A DNA stretch of 63,663 nucleotides, filler included, from Reclinomonas americana ATCC 50394 (GCA_048213135.1; 17 parts of 17 records of this genome joined end to end with filler, not necessarily neighbours in it); one strand, 5' to 3'; counted from the first letter of the whole stretch, positions 24,915 to 38,964 are shown. Notes: generated from the letters alone by a model not told the origin. Program-made: numbers and translations.

Positions 24915-25608
24915 ATGGAGGACGGTGACTGATCTTATGTAAAGTTATGGCGAGTCGAATTTCAGTACTTTTTTGTGGCTTTTGCGAGAGCGATGTTGGA
25001 GACTGGCGAGGAAGGCCATGATGTGGAGGTGAGTGGATGGTGTGGCACTTGGATGTGCGAGCGTGTGCCTCATGCTCTCTGTGTTTGCCCAGCGCCTGAA
25101 GCGTGAGGGCGTCACACTCGCTGCATCGCACACACCGCAAGTCATCGACGCCATGCTGCAGACGATGGAGACTGCCTTGCGACGCGCGCGCGAATCGTGC
25201 GTCGTGTGCAATGGATCGGTGGCTGTCGGCGACAAGCTCGCCGCCATTCTGACCACGGGTATGTGGGGTGGCGATGATGATGATGACGAAGACTACGAGT
25301 ACTTTCCCGCAGGCACGGCGGTGACTGTCGCCGACCACTGCTGCGTTTTCACCAGGTGAGTGGGCGTGCACGCTGCTCTAGATCTCTCTGAGCCCAGTGC
25401 TGACAATCCTGCCAGCCACAACGTGTGCGTTCAGCCGGACCAATCGCCTCTATTTCTGCAGTGCTCTGCGGCAGACATTGGCCAGCGCGGTGACCCCTTC
25501 GTCCCCGACGGATTTGTCGTGTCGTTCGGGGAAGTGGACCTCGGTGACGACTCGTCGTCGACCGGTAGCGTCGATCTCGATACCGGTGTCCAGGAGTTGC
25601 CACAGTAG
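24915..25608 (+). CDS. Hypothetical spliced protein
   Basis: GC3-rich exon-like blocks with GTGAGT/GTATGT donors and CAG acceptors; reading frame not fully resolved. Confidence 0.3.
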
Positions 25609-26147
25609 AGAGTGCCGACCGACAAGGAGAGAACACAATGGGCAGGGAGTCCGCGACTTGTTCTGTTACTCTCCCCTCCAACCGGTTTGGATGCGGCGGA
25701 AGTCAGGCTCTCTTGTGTCGCTCCGGCGTGAAGCATGACGATGATTGCAAGGGTGAAGAACAAGCACCAAGTCAGGGAGAGAGCAGGGGTTCAATATCGA
25801 TATAAAAATCGAACAAACACGAATGTCGTCACAGTATTCACCAAACGCCGCCTCAGATGGCACTCTCTGATCCCTCAATACAAGCGTAGTAACAAGGAAT
25901 GAGCATGGTGTTAACCAATGACACAAGAATTTACACGTGAACTCGAACCAATGTCCACGACGGAACAAACGAACATAAAACCGTAAAACCGTAAAATTGG
26001 TTTGTTGATTGAGTACAGGAGCACAGACACACGTACGCACTTTGTTGTCTGGTGTGAGACATTCCACGCACACAAAGTGGCACACACACACACGCAGCGT
26101 GTGCGCGTGTTGCTATTGTAATGCTTTCGTGTTGTCGTCCCGGGACG

Positions 26148-27541
26148 ATGATGCGTTGTGTGGGGAATGACGAGAGAAGATATCGTTGGTCGCGCACGCG
26201 GAGGAAAGGCGGTGTTGGCGCACTATCGGCGGAGAGTGTTGTGTGCTATGTCATGTTGATAGGCATGCTCACTGCGGTGACGTGTGATGCGTTGAGAGGT
26301 GAGGGAGAAGAAGACAGAGAGAAAGAGAGAGAGAGAGAGTAAGATAGAGAGACGCACAGACACGCAGAGCCTCATGTGCACTCTGCTATGTGTGTGAGAG
26401 AATGTGCACTCTGCTGTGTGTGTGAGAGAGAGAAGTCCGAGTGCGTGCGTGTGTGCCAGTAAGCCAGTGCCTTTCTCTCGATTTGTAAAAACTCCTCTTG
26501 TTCTCTATCATTTCTCTCTCTTCCTCTCTCCTCCTTCCTTCCTCTCTTCTCCCTCCTTCCTCTTCCTCCCTCTGTGTTGCGCCCGCACGCGTGTGTTTTA
26601 GAACGACATGCAAGATTCAGCGGTTTCTCCGACACTGACCCTTCTTCTATCACTCAGGCGATGCTGTGCACGAGGACGCACGTGCATCAGTGGAAGAACA
26701 CGAAACCAATGTCACTGAAGGGCGCGCGCTGACCTTGTCCTGCCCAGGTCCGTTCCTTCCATCTCACATCTCCGTTCGCCCTTATTTCTCACTCACTTGT
26801 CTCGATCACAGATGATACACATGTGTTTGTGAATCACGCACTGTGGCTCAATGGTGACGCGGTGGTGGCGGACGGGACACGGCTGCTGCGCTTGTGGTGC
26901 CACGCTGAGCCGTGGACGTCGGAGTGCCGAGAACGAGCGGATCTGGCACGTTTCCAGCTGCCTCCGACGTCGACGTCGACGTTGCTGCAATTGTCGGTGC
27001 GGTACTCGTGTCTGCCGGCGATTGATGAGCGGCAGTGGATGGTGGCGCGCGTCAATCGCTCGTGGGAGGTCGACGATGTGAGCGTGCCGAGGGAGGTCGT
27101 CGCCTGCGACGACTATGTAATGTCGATGACGTGTCCGCCCGGTATGTACGTCGAGGTCACCGAGGCGTGGTACGAGAGTGAGCGAGACCGTATGTGTCCG
27201 CCGCGATCGGGACCGGCCGCCGCCGGAGCCTCGGCGGCGACCTGCTCTGCCGCGCCCCGCGATGTGACTCAGCGCGTGCAAGACGAGTGCGGGAGCACGA
27301 TGATGTGGGGACAGCGAGTGCCGGTGCAGCGACCTTCGTGTTGGGTGAGTCGAGAGAAGAAGTCAACCTCCCCTGTGTATGTGCTTTCTATCACTCACTC
27401 CTTTGTGTATAGATTCTTGCCGACCAGGAGTCGCTGCTGCCGGACGCGTCCGCCGACGATGCATGTCAGCCACCCGCGGGCCAATATCTGCGTGCTCGCT
27501 ATCGGTGTCGCCACAGCAGCAGCGGTAGTGACGCCTACTGA
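26148..27541 (+). CDS. Secreted SUEL/galactose-binding lectin-like protein with two lectin-like domains
   Basis: Hydrophobic N-terminal exon; EGRALTLSCP..VNHALW..LSVRYSC and ACDDYVMSMTCPPGMYVEVTEAWY..C..DVTQRVQDEC..C..YLRARYRC. Confidence 0.7.
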
Positions 27542-27672
27542 ATGCGTAATATCATGAATAGTTGTAGTAGTACCCTAGTCGTAACACGTATAATGAACCT
27601 TTTTTCGAAACACTAATGTTTTATCATCATTATTACAGTCACCAGTTCAGTACACTGGGAGAACGCAAAAAA

Positions 27673-28703
27673 TTAGGAGCCGTGCGGCGCTCGCATCGAC
27701 GTTGGGGAGATGGAGACGGCACGGGCGGCCATGGAGGCCGGTGGGGACAGTGCCGATCGCGAGAGCACGGCATTGAGTCGGGCACGCGACGAGGACGCGG
27801 CCAGTATTTTCGGCATGACGAGGGAGCTGGGGGCAGCGGCCGGCATGGCGGGCGGCGACGACACGGAGTTCGACAGCGCGCCTCCTGGTGTTGACTGCTG
27901 CTGCTGCTGCGGGGGTGAGCCGCTGCTCAGCGGGCTCACCGCGCCGGCATACGAGGCGGGCGAAGGCGACGGTGAGCGGTCGCCGCGGGCGTTGCGAATG
28001 AGTGCCGACGACGGGTCGGTGGCGCGGAACACGGAGCCGCCTACGTTTAGCGAGAGGCCCGACAGGTCGGGTTGTGGGGAGGTCGTGTGGTGTGTAGCAG
28101 TTAGGGCGCTGGGTGAGCCGTGTACCGCACGTCCGCGGAGTGGCCGGTCCTGGGTGGGGGGAAGGGGGGGTGAGAGCGAAGCGAGGGAAGAGGAAAATGG
28201 AAAGAGGAGGCGTGAGGAAATAACGAGGAAGAGGAGAAGGGAGAGGAAGGAATTTAGAGGGAGAAGGTTGTTGGAAAAGAGACTGCAGACGAATACGCAT
28301 CGCAGGCTTAGTAGGCGGATCATGAGGTGAAGGGAAGAAGCGAACACTACGCAGGCTGCACACGGAGAAAACATGAAGTAGATGGAAAGGATGAGAGAGT
28401 GAATGACAGAAAAGGACACACAACTCAACAATGAGTCGACCAGAGCACAACATCAATGATGTGTGCGAGTTATAGAGAGGTAGATCGAGGGGACAAGAAA
28501 GCGAGAGGAGGGAGAGAAAGAACATAAAAGAACAAAAAATTACGAAAGCAACAATCGACAGAGCGACAGACAGAAAGGAAGAAGCAAGAGCGACGCAAGG
28601 AAGAAGAGAAAGAAGTGAAAGAAGAGAGAGAAGAAGAAGAGAATGAGAGTGGGACGGGAGTCAAGAAGAAAGCAGTTGGAGAGAGAGAGAGGGAGAGGCA
28701 GAC

Positions 28704-28743
<40 letters not shown>

Positions 28744-31700
28744 TGAAGAAAAGACGACAGATGTTCTCGAGTAGCTGGTCGAATGACGAACGCTGAGATC
28801 ACACACCTCAGCGACAGTTCGACCCTCCAACATGGCATCCGGCGACTGCACAGCATAATGCAAGTGAGTCACATGGCCTTTAGCAACCCCATCTCTCCAT
28901 TCCCCAACCACATACCAAATGAAGAGACGAAGCAACGTGACGCCACGATGAGCGTCCTCTTGTGTCAGGCACAATAGTCGGTTCGGGAGAGGCGTCGGGC
29001 GTGCTTCTGTTGGATTCTCTCAATTGAGTAGGACATCACAGAAGTCTACATGAGTCGTGCTGCTCACCGCTTGTTCAGCTCCGAGGGCGACAGAGAAAAG
29101 GCGTTGATGGTGTTCGGTGAGCGTGACGAGCCGACGATTGGCGGCAACGTGGACGACGATGTGGATTTCGGTGTGTACGGCGCCGAGCCGTGGCTTGTGG
29201 GCGACACGGACGATGCCCGTGCTGCCGCCGCCGCTGCTGCTGCTGTTGCATGCTGCTGTTGGTGGTGATCTTCATCGCCTCTGGACAGGAGACTGAAACC
29301 GGTCACCGCCGGCCCGTTGTGGCGCGATGCCGAACTGATAATGTGCTGCGGTGATGGAAGGGGAAGATGAGAACGCACCACAAAACACCAAGAAACGGGC
29401 AGTCTCCCGCTCACGAACAAACATACGAATAAACACATACGCGATTACTCTTTCACAAAACAAAGACAGAAGCACACACACAATTACTCTCCCTCACTCC
29501 TCGGCTCACGCATCTGCATGTGGCGAAACAACACTCGCTATCCGGAAACAAAGCACAAACAAAAGAACACAGACGCAGACATAAACTGCCTCCCTCACAC
29601 CTCGACTCACACATTCGCACGAGTTGACACGTACACTCACTCACTGGCACACTCTGTTCCTTTCTCCCTCACACACACTTGCCCGCAAAACACAAGCACA
29701 CACACACACATGCACATGCCCAACGCACAAACACGATAACTCTCTCCCTCATTCCTCGAATCACACATTCGCACGAGTTAGAACATACACACACTCAGGC
29801 ACCGCTGTTAATTCCCCGCACAAGTACACACACATTCATGAACAAACCGACTTACATACTCGCACGGGTTGGAGCATACACACATACTCTGTCACTTTCG
29901 CACACGCATGACTCACAGAAACACTCACTCACAAAACACAAGCACACGCTCCCTCACCACCCGCACAGAAGAAGGTTCGTTTTCGATTGCTCTCTCCCTC
30001 TCTTCCCTTCTCATACCCTCCACCCACCTGCAGCGATCCAGTGCGCCACAGCGTATCCTGCTTGCCAGCACGCTCGCTGGCGGCAGTCGACGCAGCCGTG
30101 TGAACGTGAGCGCGCGACGCCATCACCGCTTCCATGGCATGCAGTGGCGGCAGTGCGGGGGCACCACCGACGACCGTCTCCTCTGAATCGACAAACGTGC
30201 TGTGGCTGCGCGGTAACCTGTACGCGGCGGCGCGATCGCTGACCACGTCGGCAGCCACCGGGCCCACCGACACGGTGCGCGTCTTACGTGCCAACTCTTG
30301 CACCACGAGATCGTCGAGCTCCGAACCGCGCTCCTCCTCCGTATCCGACGAAACCGTGCTGGCCACGGCACTCGAGTAGCCACTGTGCGACGACATCGGT
30401 GCGTGCTCGTGGAGCTGCGGCAGCTGCAGCGTGTTTCCGGCGTCGGTCAGCGCCGTGGCCGTCAGAGGGTGTGAGTTGCGCTGCTCGGCTTGCGATTCTC
30501 TGGGTGCTGCACGCTGCGCTGTCGCTGCACCAGCCGTCGCGGTCGTCACTGGAGAAGCCGCCGAGGGTGACACGGCGGTGGCAGCAGCCGCGGCGGTGGC
30601 GGCAGTGACACGTGCACCAGCGACCGGCGACGCGGCCCCCTCAGCAAAGGTGACCTTGTGGTGCTTGCTGTCGATTCCAGTCGGCGTCGGTGCCGCCGCA
30701 GCGGCGGCGGCGGCGGCGGCAACAGAGGGACTGGCCACTTGCGACAGGCCACGGGCCGGGGAAGGGGAGCGCACAACATCGCGACCCTGTGGCACACCGA
30801 GATGCACCAGCGTCATGCGGCGCGGTTTACGAGACGCCGGTGCGTCGGCAGACGACGAATGCGTTGTGTGCTGATGCGGAACGACCGGCGGCGACGAGGA
30901 TGACGAATGCATCGGTGTTGTGCGTGTTGGTGCCGCCACCACCTCGTATCTATCCTGTTTCCGAATGGTGCTCTCCAACACCGCCACGTCGACATCGGCG
31001 CTGAGGTCCGAAGCCCGACCCACGTCACTCGCCCCGTCTCCCACCGAGTCCTCGGCAGCGGTGCCACTGCGCGATGGTGAGAAGTCGACGAGTGCACACA
31101 ACGGTATGGAGGGAGGGAAAACGCACATGAGCATGGCGCCAAGGCGTGCCTTCACCACGGTACTGGTGAGAATGCCATCGGTGCGCGGTCCCGTCGAGAC
31201 GGCCATTGCGGTGGCCAGTGTCTGCGGCGGCTGCACCTTGTCTTGCAAGTTCTCCCACCACTCGGCGAGCGAGAACTCCACGCAGGTCGGGGCGGCAGCA
31301 GCGACCGCACCACCACCAGCTGCGCGGAAGAGAGTGAGAGAGACGACAGAGAGCAAAGAGAGAGAGACTATATTATGCGCACCAGCGGCATCGCTGCTTG
31401 GTGGAGAGCCATTCGACGCGGCAGAGGATGCGGTAGCGGCGTGTGCGGCTGCGCGCCAGAGTGATGGGCGGACACTGGGGATAATGGTGACGACGCGCGA
31501 TGGGCCGCTGGATTCGTGGTCCCAGTCCTCGGTGGCCTGATGGAGGGGAAAGGAGAAGGAGGGCAAGGGGGATGGTGAGGGGACAAGGAAGGAGAAAGAG
31601 GAAGGGCGGTGAGAGGGATGGCGGGGAATGGGAAGAGGGTGAGGAATGAGAGACGCAAGAGAAAAGAGGGACGGAGGAGAGAATGAAGACTGGAAGGAAC

Positions 31701-34700
31701 AGGAAGTGGTGGGGGTGGGAAAATGAGCGACGAAAGAATGCAGAATGAGGAGGAAGCGAAGATGCAAGGTAAAGAGTGAGTGACGGCGATGAATGAAAGG
31801 AGAGAGAAGAGGGCATCGGAAACCAAGAAATGTACAGGGAAGAATGAAGAGGAGAAGGGGTACGGCGAAAGATGAGCGACGAGAGAGCGCAGAGTGAAGA
31901 AGAAGAAGGAAAGAGAAGTGTGTGACAGAGAAGGGGTGAGAAAAATGAGATGGCGAGGATCAGCAAGGCGAGACCAGAGAGGGAGAGAGGGAACGGAAGG
32001 GTGGAACATGAGTGACGAAAGAGCGCATTGTGACGAGAAAGGAGAGGCACGGAAGAGAAGTATGTGACAGAGAAAAAGACGGTGAGGTGCAAGAAAAGAG
32101 AGAGAGAGAAAGAGAGAGGCAACAGGATCCAAGAGACAGCGGAAAGCACAGATAAGGCGAAGTTGAAAAGCACGCGCGCTGCAAATCACCAAGTGCGTCA
32201 CTCACCGGCGTCGAGTTCACCGTGGCGCGACTGAGACGACCAATTCCATTAACAGCCGCACCACCACCACCACCACTGCCATTTCCAACACCACTGAGTC
32301 CGGAGGCTGGCCGGTCGGCACCACTGTCGGCCACGGCCAACCGAGGTGGACGGGCGTTGCCGCGTGCGACCTTGGAGGACGACAGGCTCGACGCAGCGTC
32401 GCCACGCAGTCGGCTTACCACGGGCAAGTCGAGTCCGCCGACCACAAAGGCCAACATGCGGAAGTCTTGGGTGACCAGGAAAAACGAAAAGTCGGTGCGC
32501 CGTGGCGCGCAGTTGCATGCAGCAGCCCACTCGATCACATCGCGCTCTGCACCGCGTGAGTGAGAGAGTCGCAAACAAGAGCGGAGGAGGGAGGAACACG
32601 CACCTTCATCCCATACATAAAAGTGCGACGTTTCTCGCAAATCGGTAGAGTACAATAAGACCGCGCCCGGTAATCTGGCGAGGCCATACAACGGGAGAGG
32701 GTGCGAGATGCTCTCGTCGAGGGTCAGCGTGCTCCATCTCAGCGTTTCTGGGGCGGGGAGAGGGGAGGGATGAGGGCAAGGGAGGAGGGAAGAGAGGGAG
32801 CGGTGGAAGGAAACGAGGAGGAATAAAGCAAGATGGGAAGGAAGAGATGACAGGCACGACACGAGGTCGAGAAAGAAGACTAGACGAAGTAGAAGGTGAA
32901 AGTCGGATGAGGAGAGGCTAACAAAGACAAGAAAGACGGTATAGCCGCAATGAACGAGACGGAAAAGAACGAGAGGCCGACCGACTTCAGCTGTGCAAAG
33001 GAGCGCAAGTCTGGGTGAAGAGAAGCACAGACAGCGACGAGAATGCGAATGCAACGTGAGGGAAGAGAAGCAACACTATGTGCAAAGGACGGCAGCGATA
33101 AGTGGCAGTGAGGTCGGAGTCTCCTTTACGCAACCCAAATCCAATCGGTATGCCGCGTCGGCTTCGCCCGCGTGCTCCGCTCCCACCACAATTACAAACA
33201 GGCTGAAGCCCGCCACACACATCTGTACACGATCGGCGGGCGGCGGCGCGGAACCAAAGGTGCGCACGAGAGACCACTCGTCGGATTCTGCAGAGCAGAG
33301 TGCATCAGCAAAGAGGCCTCTCGTATGCTGCTGCGTGACGCGAGCTCACCAAAATCATACTCTAACAAGTCGGTGGAGCGTCCAGTCGCCGTGACGCCAC
33401 CGTACAAATACACAGCTGTGGTAGGGGGAAGCGGAAAGGGAGAAGGAGGAGGAATGAAGGAGACAAGGAGAGGAAGATAGAGAAAGTCAGAAGGAGGAGG
33501 AGGGAGGTGAGAAAAGACAGACACAATTAGAAAGCGAGAGAGACAGTGGGAGATGGGGAAGGAGGAGGAGACGAGGGAGGCAGGGAGGGTGTGACACAAT
33601 GAGGGAGCAAGAGGGAAACAGTGAGTGGAGAAGGAGGAAAGGAGAAGGCGGAGGAAGAAGAGAAAAAGAGGAATACGAGGACAAGAAGAAGAAGAGGGAG
33701 AAAAGGGAGGTATGAAGAGAGGAGGAGGAGGGAGAAGAGAAAAAGAGGAACACGAGGACAAGAAGAAGAAGGCAAAGAAGAGAGAGGTGGGAAAGGAGAA
33801 GGCGGAGGAAGAAGAGAAAAAGAGGAATACGAGGACAAGAAGAAAAAGAGGGAGTAAAGGGAGGTGGGAAGAGAGGAGGAGGAGCAAGAAGAGAAATAGA
33901 GGAACACGAGGACAAGAAGAAGAAGGAGAAGAAGAGGGAGGTGGGAAGAGAGGACGAAGATGAGAAAATGAGGAATACCAGGACAAGAACACGAAGAAGA
34001 GAAATGGGGAGGAAGAAAGACACACAAAACAAGAGCGAGAACAGAGATGCAGACGAAACAAACAAACACAATCATACATGTGAGACTCAAGATTGCCATG
34101 ACAACAACGATGCATCCACAATGGCACGCAACAAAGACCCATAGCCGCCATTGCCGCCCCCTTGCGTGCCAGTGACACGCCGCTGGGCACACCACCTCGT
34201 ATTCTGAGCCGGTTGACTTGCGCACGCAGCGCAATTCGCGCGGGACCGCTACCACCAGAAGGCGTCAATAATGCGACAGGACTGCCAGTCACTGGACTCG
34301 ACAGATCCGTGTCGATCGGGCTCACGCGCGACCGACCCAGAGGCTGCGCGTATCTCGGTAGACCGACAGAGGAGGCCGCAAAGGCCCCCGCCCCTGCCGG
34401 ACTGCTGCCACTGGCCATGGACGCCGCCGACATGGGCGAGTTGACAAACAGGCCGCTGCCGCGTCGGTTACCAAACACAGATGCGGCCGCCAGCGCCGAC
34501 GGCGAGTTTGCGGCAGGCGATTGCCCGCCGCCGCTGCCAGCAGCTGCGGATGGCGTCGGTGGCAGCATATGTGAGCCCGCTCGCCGTCGCATCGATGACG
34601 GGCTGCGGTTGTGATGGTCCACTGCGCCAGGACGAATTAAGTCTGGCGCCCCCACTCTTCTCGCCTGTTGTGCACGAAACACTCACCGCGAATCTCGTCC

Positions 34701-35357
34701 TCCCTCAGCTCCACGTAGAACAGCTCGTCGCTGAGCACGTTCTTTTGCACCTCGCCGCCAAACACCAAGAAACCGTCGCCGAATGCACACATGCAATGAA
34801 ACATGCTGTGAGCGGGTTCGAGTGAGAAGTGAGAATTGAAGAAAGCAGTGTGGAGAGAATAGGCGCACCGCACGCCCAGGTAATCGCCGACACTTTGTGC
34901 ACCGCGCCAGCATTGTTGTTGTTGTTGTTGTTGTGAGTCGGATCCTGGGCGGAGGAGGCAAGGAGATGAGGCAAGTCGATAGGGGTAAGGATGCATGGCG
35001 GTACACAGACCATCGCGTAGTTCCAGCGCGTACAAGTCGGGCAGCATGGTGACTTGGCGAGTGAGAGATGTCACTGCGAAGGGGAAGATAAATGAATGGT
35101 TAATGATGTGAAAAAGAGAGGGGGGGAGAAGGGAGGGGAGAGAGGAGCGAGAACGGGAGTCAGAGTGGGGAAGGAGCACCACGAGTTGCACAGAATGCGC
35201 TTCAAGGTAAAGATGTTTGGGGAGAGAGGAGACTGAGTGAGAAGGCACACTCTGAGACACAGATGTGAGTCGCACGGGAGCAGAATGCACGTAAAGTGAG
35301 AGCACAAAGGCAAGGAAAGCGAGATACGGAACGCACTCACAGAAAGAGGCCGGTGAG
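27673..35357 (-). CDS. Large kelch-repeat protein with long Ser/Ala/Pro-rich disordered regions (multi-exon, 5' incomplete)
   Basis: HCMCAFGDGFLVFGGEVQKNVLSDELFYVEL, ARKGAAMAAMG/AVYLYGGVTATGRSTDLLEYDF, LPDLYALEL; many GT-AG introns. It may be more than one gene. Confidence 0.6.
33650..33985. repeat. Intronic purine-rich degenerate tandem repeat (GAGGAAYACGAGGACAAGAAGAA core, about 5 copies)
   Basis: Recurrent aagaggaatacgaggacaagaagaa units. Confidence 0.75.
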
Positions 35358-35365
35358 AAGAAAGA

Positions 35366-35415
<50 letters not shown>

Positions 35416-36560
35416 AGAAGAGAGAGAGAGAGACTAGAANNNNNNNNNNNNNNNNNNNNNNNNNNNNNNNNNNNNNNNNNNNNTTAATTAATTAANNNNN
35501 NNNNNNNNNNNNNNNNNNNNNNNNNNNNNNNNNNNNNNNCACACGCTCTCTCTCTCAGACACACTCACTCACACTCACTCACACACCCTCACTCACTCAC
35601 TCACTCACTCAATCACAAACATCGTAACCCACCATTTCTCTAACTCTCCCTCATTCTCTCTCTCCCTCACTCACTTTACATAAGCACACGCAACTGTTTC
35701 CTCCTCCATACAACACCACCCAATCTCGCGTCGTCACCATTGCATGCCCAAATCTCTCCGTTGGGTCACTCATGTTTTCACTCTCTCACACTCTCAAAGC
35801 CGCCTCTCCATACACTTGCACACTTGGTCACACAGATAGAGAGAGAAAGAGAGAGAGGGCGAACACTTTACACGCACGCGCACACAACGTCTAGCATGAG
35901 TCACCAGCAAAATGTCCACATGCATTTCGAAAAGATTGCGAGCTGTCTTGTTGTGCAGCAAATGAAGCAAGTGTGGGGACTCGCAGTGAAGAGGAGAATT
36001 CTGAATCCGTGGCGGTGCTGCGCATGCTGCAAGCACAATTTCCCATGTTTTGATATCGAACAATTGCATTTTGCCAATAATCGAAGATTTAATTTCTTGG
36101 AGAAGCTTGCGCAGCCGCTAAAGTTTCTTGCTGAAGCCCCATCGATGAGCACGCATGTAAGCAGTGTAAGATTCACGGTCATTCGGGAGGCTCGTCAATT
36201 GCAGCTGCCCAAGAATTCGAACAAGTGCATGTCGTCGAGGATCCACAGCTGTCCAACTGCATTGGATTCGCAGCTCTCGCATGAAGAGAACGGAGAGTGT
36301 GATTCACGGCATGAGAGGACTGACGGACACGGCTAGCGTGGTCATGGAAACAATATTATAAATTCCGAACACTTGAAAGCAGATTGCAATGTCCTGCATC
36401 GTCTCTCTCCTGGATCTTTCTCATGCCGACTCCGTGCCTGGCAAACTTCGTCCCCCAATCGAGTCCGCCTCGACGCAGGACAGACAACAACTCGACAACT
36501 CGTCAACTTTGGATCCGAATCCGGCTCCCTCACCGATCTCGTTCTCTTTCTCTTCACACC

Positions 36561-38300
36561 ATGGAGCCAGGGTGGTCCGCCCACGACGTGCTATGGAGAA
36601 TAGTACAGACGCAGTTGCAGCAAGGCGGCGTGGAGCGTGCACTGAGTGTGCTCGACAAGATGTGTGACAATCCCTTCGCGTTCGACCACTGCGTCGTGCG
36701 AGCGCACACCGACAAGGCCTCGACACCTCGTCTCGCACGTGCACTGCTCACCCACCGACGCATGACGCCCTGCTCGCTCGCGGTCTTGCTGTGCGCCGTC
36801 TGCTCGTCGTCAACCAGCAGAAGCAGCAGCAACGTCGAGGACGATTGCGAGGACGACGACAACTCACTCTCCTCCATTCTCGCGCACTGCCCACTCGCCC
36901 TCTCCCCGGCCCTCGCCACGCGCGTGATCGTCACCGCGCTGCATTGCCTCGACAGCCGCCCTCACTATGTCGACCTGCTCCTCGCGCGTTTCGGCACCCA
37001 CCACCACTCTGTGTGCACGGCGGTGCTGGTCGAGGCCGTGACCCTTCCTGTTGACCACATAAGGTACATACTCAACCTCATGGATGATGCGGTCGACATG
37101 CTTCCGGCCTTCAGAGCGGCCATCGCTCGTCACCGTGCCGGAGCAGTGTGGGTGTTCATGGATGATAAGAGATTGCGACAAGTACTCGCGACGGCGGGTG
37201 TCGAGCTGGCCGACCTGCAGCAGATGCTGCGCCGTGGATGGGATGGAGCTTCGTGCGACTTGATTCACAGTATGGCGCCCTACCTTGTGTCACCGGCGAT
37301 TCTGATGGAGGCTGTCGCGCATGGTTGTCACCGCACCACGGCGTACATTCTCCAGTGCTACCCACGTATGGAGTTTGACGGTGACGCGCTGCTGACTGTC
37401 GCCTTGAATGCACACTCGCCGCTCACAGTGATGAATGTCGTGAGAGACTGCCGCGTTCCGATCTCGGAAGACGTGCTTTTGTACGCTGGTGCGTGGGGCT
37501 ACATTGACGAGGTGCCGCACTTGGCCGCACGCATGACGGTGTGCGAGACGTTGTTGCACGCGGTGGCTGTGGGGCGCGCCGATGTGGTGCAGCGCCTGCT
37601 CGCCGACGCCACGTACGCTCCACCGATGGTGGCGCGTGAGATGGCCGTGTACTCCGCCATCGTATCGTCGTACGCTGACATTGTGCGCCTGCTCTTGAGC
37701 GACGAGCGCTTTCCGGTGGCGCTGACGCTAGCGTTGCAGGAGCCCGATGACTTCATGCTGAACATGGTGCTGAAGGCGACGCCGGAGGTGGTGCGTGCGG
37801 TGCTGGCCTGTCCGCGTGCGAGACCGATTCTTGTCGGCACAGAAGCGCTGAAGAAGGCGGTCGCGCGTGCGCGGTATGGCGTAGCGTGCGAGCTCATGCG
37901 CGATGAGCAGGTGCAGTTCGATCATGCGCTTGTTGCCACGCTCAACAGGTCCGTGGCCGGGTGCGACCGGCTACTCTGCCTTGCTGGCATTCGCGGCATG
38001 CAAGCACCGTTGCGTCTGGCCAAGGTCTCGTTCGTGATGCCTCTCTCGCGCCGGGTGTGGAGCGGCTATCGCTCGTGGCTTGATTTCACGCGACAGGTCC
38101 GCTTTTGCGATCTCGTCGCCCTCCACCCCTCCAAGATCCAGGAGCTCGGCATTCTCGAGGAGACGAGTGTGTTCCGCTTCGAGCTGGCCGACGTCATTGC
38201 CGCCTACCGAGTGTTTCAGTTGTTGATGCAGGAGCGACATCGCATGCCCAACATTGGCGCCGATGCGGCGGTGGTGGTCTGTCGGTTTTTGTCGCGGTGA
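36561..38300 (+). CDS. Intronless divergent ankyrin-repeat-like protein (about 579 aa)
   Basis: Long ORF with ANK-like units LLHAVAVGRADVVQRLLAD, AVYSAIVSSYADIVRLLLSDERF, ALKKAVARARYGVACELMRD. Confidence 0.72.
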   Translation: MEPGWSAHDVLWRIVQTQLQQGGVERALSVLDKMCDNPFAFDHCVVRAHTDKASTPRLARALLTHRRMTPCSLAVLLCAVCSSSTSRSSSNVEDDCEDDDNSLSSILAHCPLALSPALATRVIVTALHCLDSRPHYVDLLLARFGTHHHSVCTAVLVEAVTLPVDHIRYILNLMDDAVDMLPAFRAAIARHRAGAVWVFMDDKRLRQVLATAGVELADLQQMLRRGWDGASCDLIHSMAPYLVSPAILMEAVAHGCHRTTAYILQCYPRMEFDGDALLTVALNAHSPLTVMNVVRDCRVPISEDVLLYAGAWGYIDEVPHLAARMTVCETLLHAVAVGRADVVQRLLADATYAPPMVAREMAVYSAIVSSYADIVRLLLSDERFPVALTLALQEPDDFMLNMVLKATPEVVRAVLACPRARPILVGTEALKKAVARARYGVACELMRDEQVQFDHALVATLNRSVAGCDRLLCLAGIRGMQAPLRLAKVSFVMPLSRRVWSGYRSWLDFTRQVRFCDLVALHPSKIQELGILEETSVFRFELADVIAAYRVFQLLMQERHRMPNIGADAAVVVCRFLSR

Positions 38301-38964
38301 GCGTGAGTAAACGTAGAGAGAAGAGGTGTTCGTGTCAGATGTTGCAAGGAACAACAACAAATCATTCACCAACAAACAAGCAACAGCTGTCTTGATGACC
38401 AAGTTCAACACAAAACACCAGTCCTGAGGCAGCAGCAGGTTTCTTGTGTGTGTGTGTGTTTGCTCTCGGAGCTCCGAACGGATTCGACGTTGACGCTCTT
38501 CACCGCATAAGCGTGGTTGAACGGTGGATTTGACGCACTTGTAAACGCATAACGTTTCTCGGGTCTTTCTCGGCACATCGAATCCGGGAAAAGCCAAATG
38601 CCGGCGCCAGGCAAGCAAAGCAAAGCCGGGTTCGAGAAGCAAGCAAAGCAGTGGAGGCCCGAGCAAAGAAACCCCCGTGCTGCTGCCTTCAAGGACTGGT
38701 GTTTGTAGCGATGTTTTGGTCACGGTTGCAGCTGGCAGGCTGCTGTTCCGAGCGAATGAATAGTTGTTGTTCGAATTCAGCAATATCGAATGCATTTGTC
38801 GACGTCGCCACGCGCAGCCTGCACCACATCGACGCACACACAAAGAGCAAGCACCCTTGTTATCGGAGTACTCCTCGTCGTACCAGTCAAACCTTCTCCG
38901 ATCGCGCGACAGACTTTCGTCACCACCGGACTTCACTCCTCCTGTCATCTCCGATCCCAGCAAA

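Noticed and set aside
31368..34255. Long Phe/Leu/Ser-rich or Arg/Glu/Gly-rich ORFs
   Set aside because: They are translations of stop-poor intronic purine/pyrimidine tracts.
35890..36400. Coding-like segment upstream of the ankyrin gene
   Set aside because: No consistent frame, splice pattern or recognisable motif.
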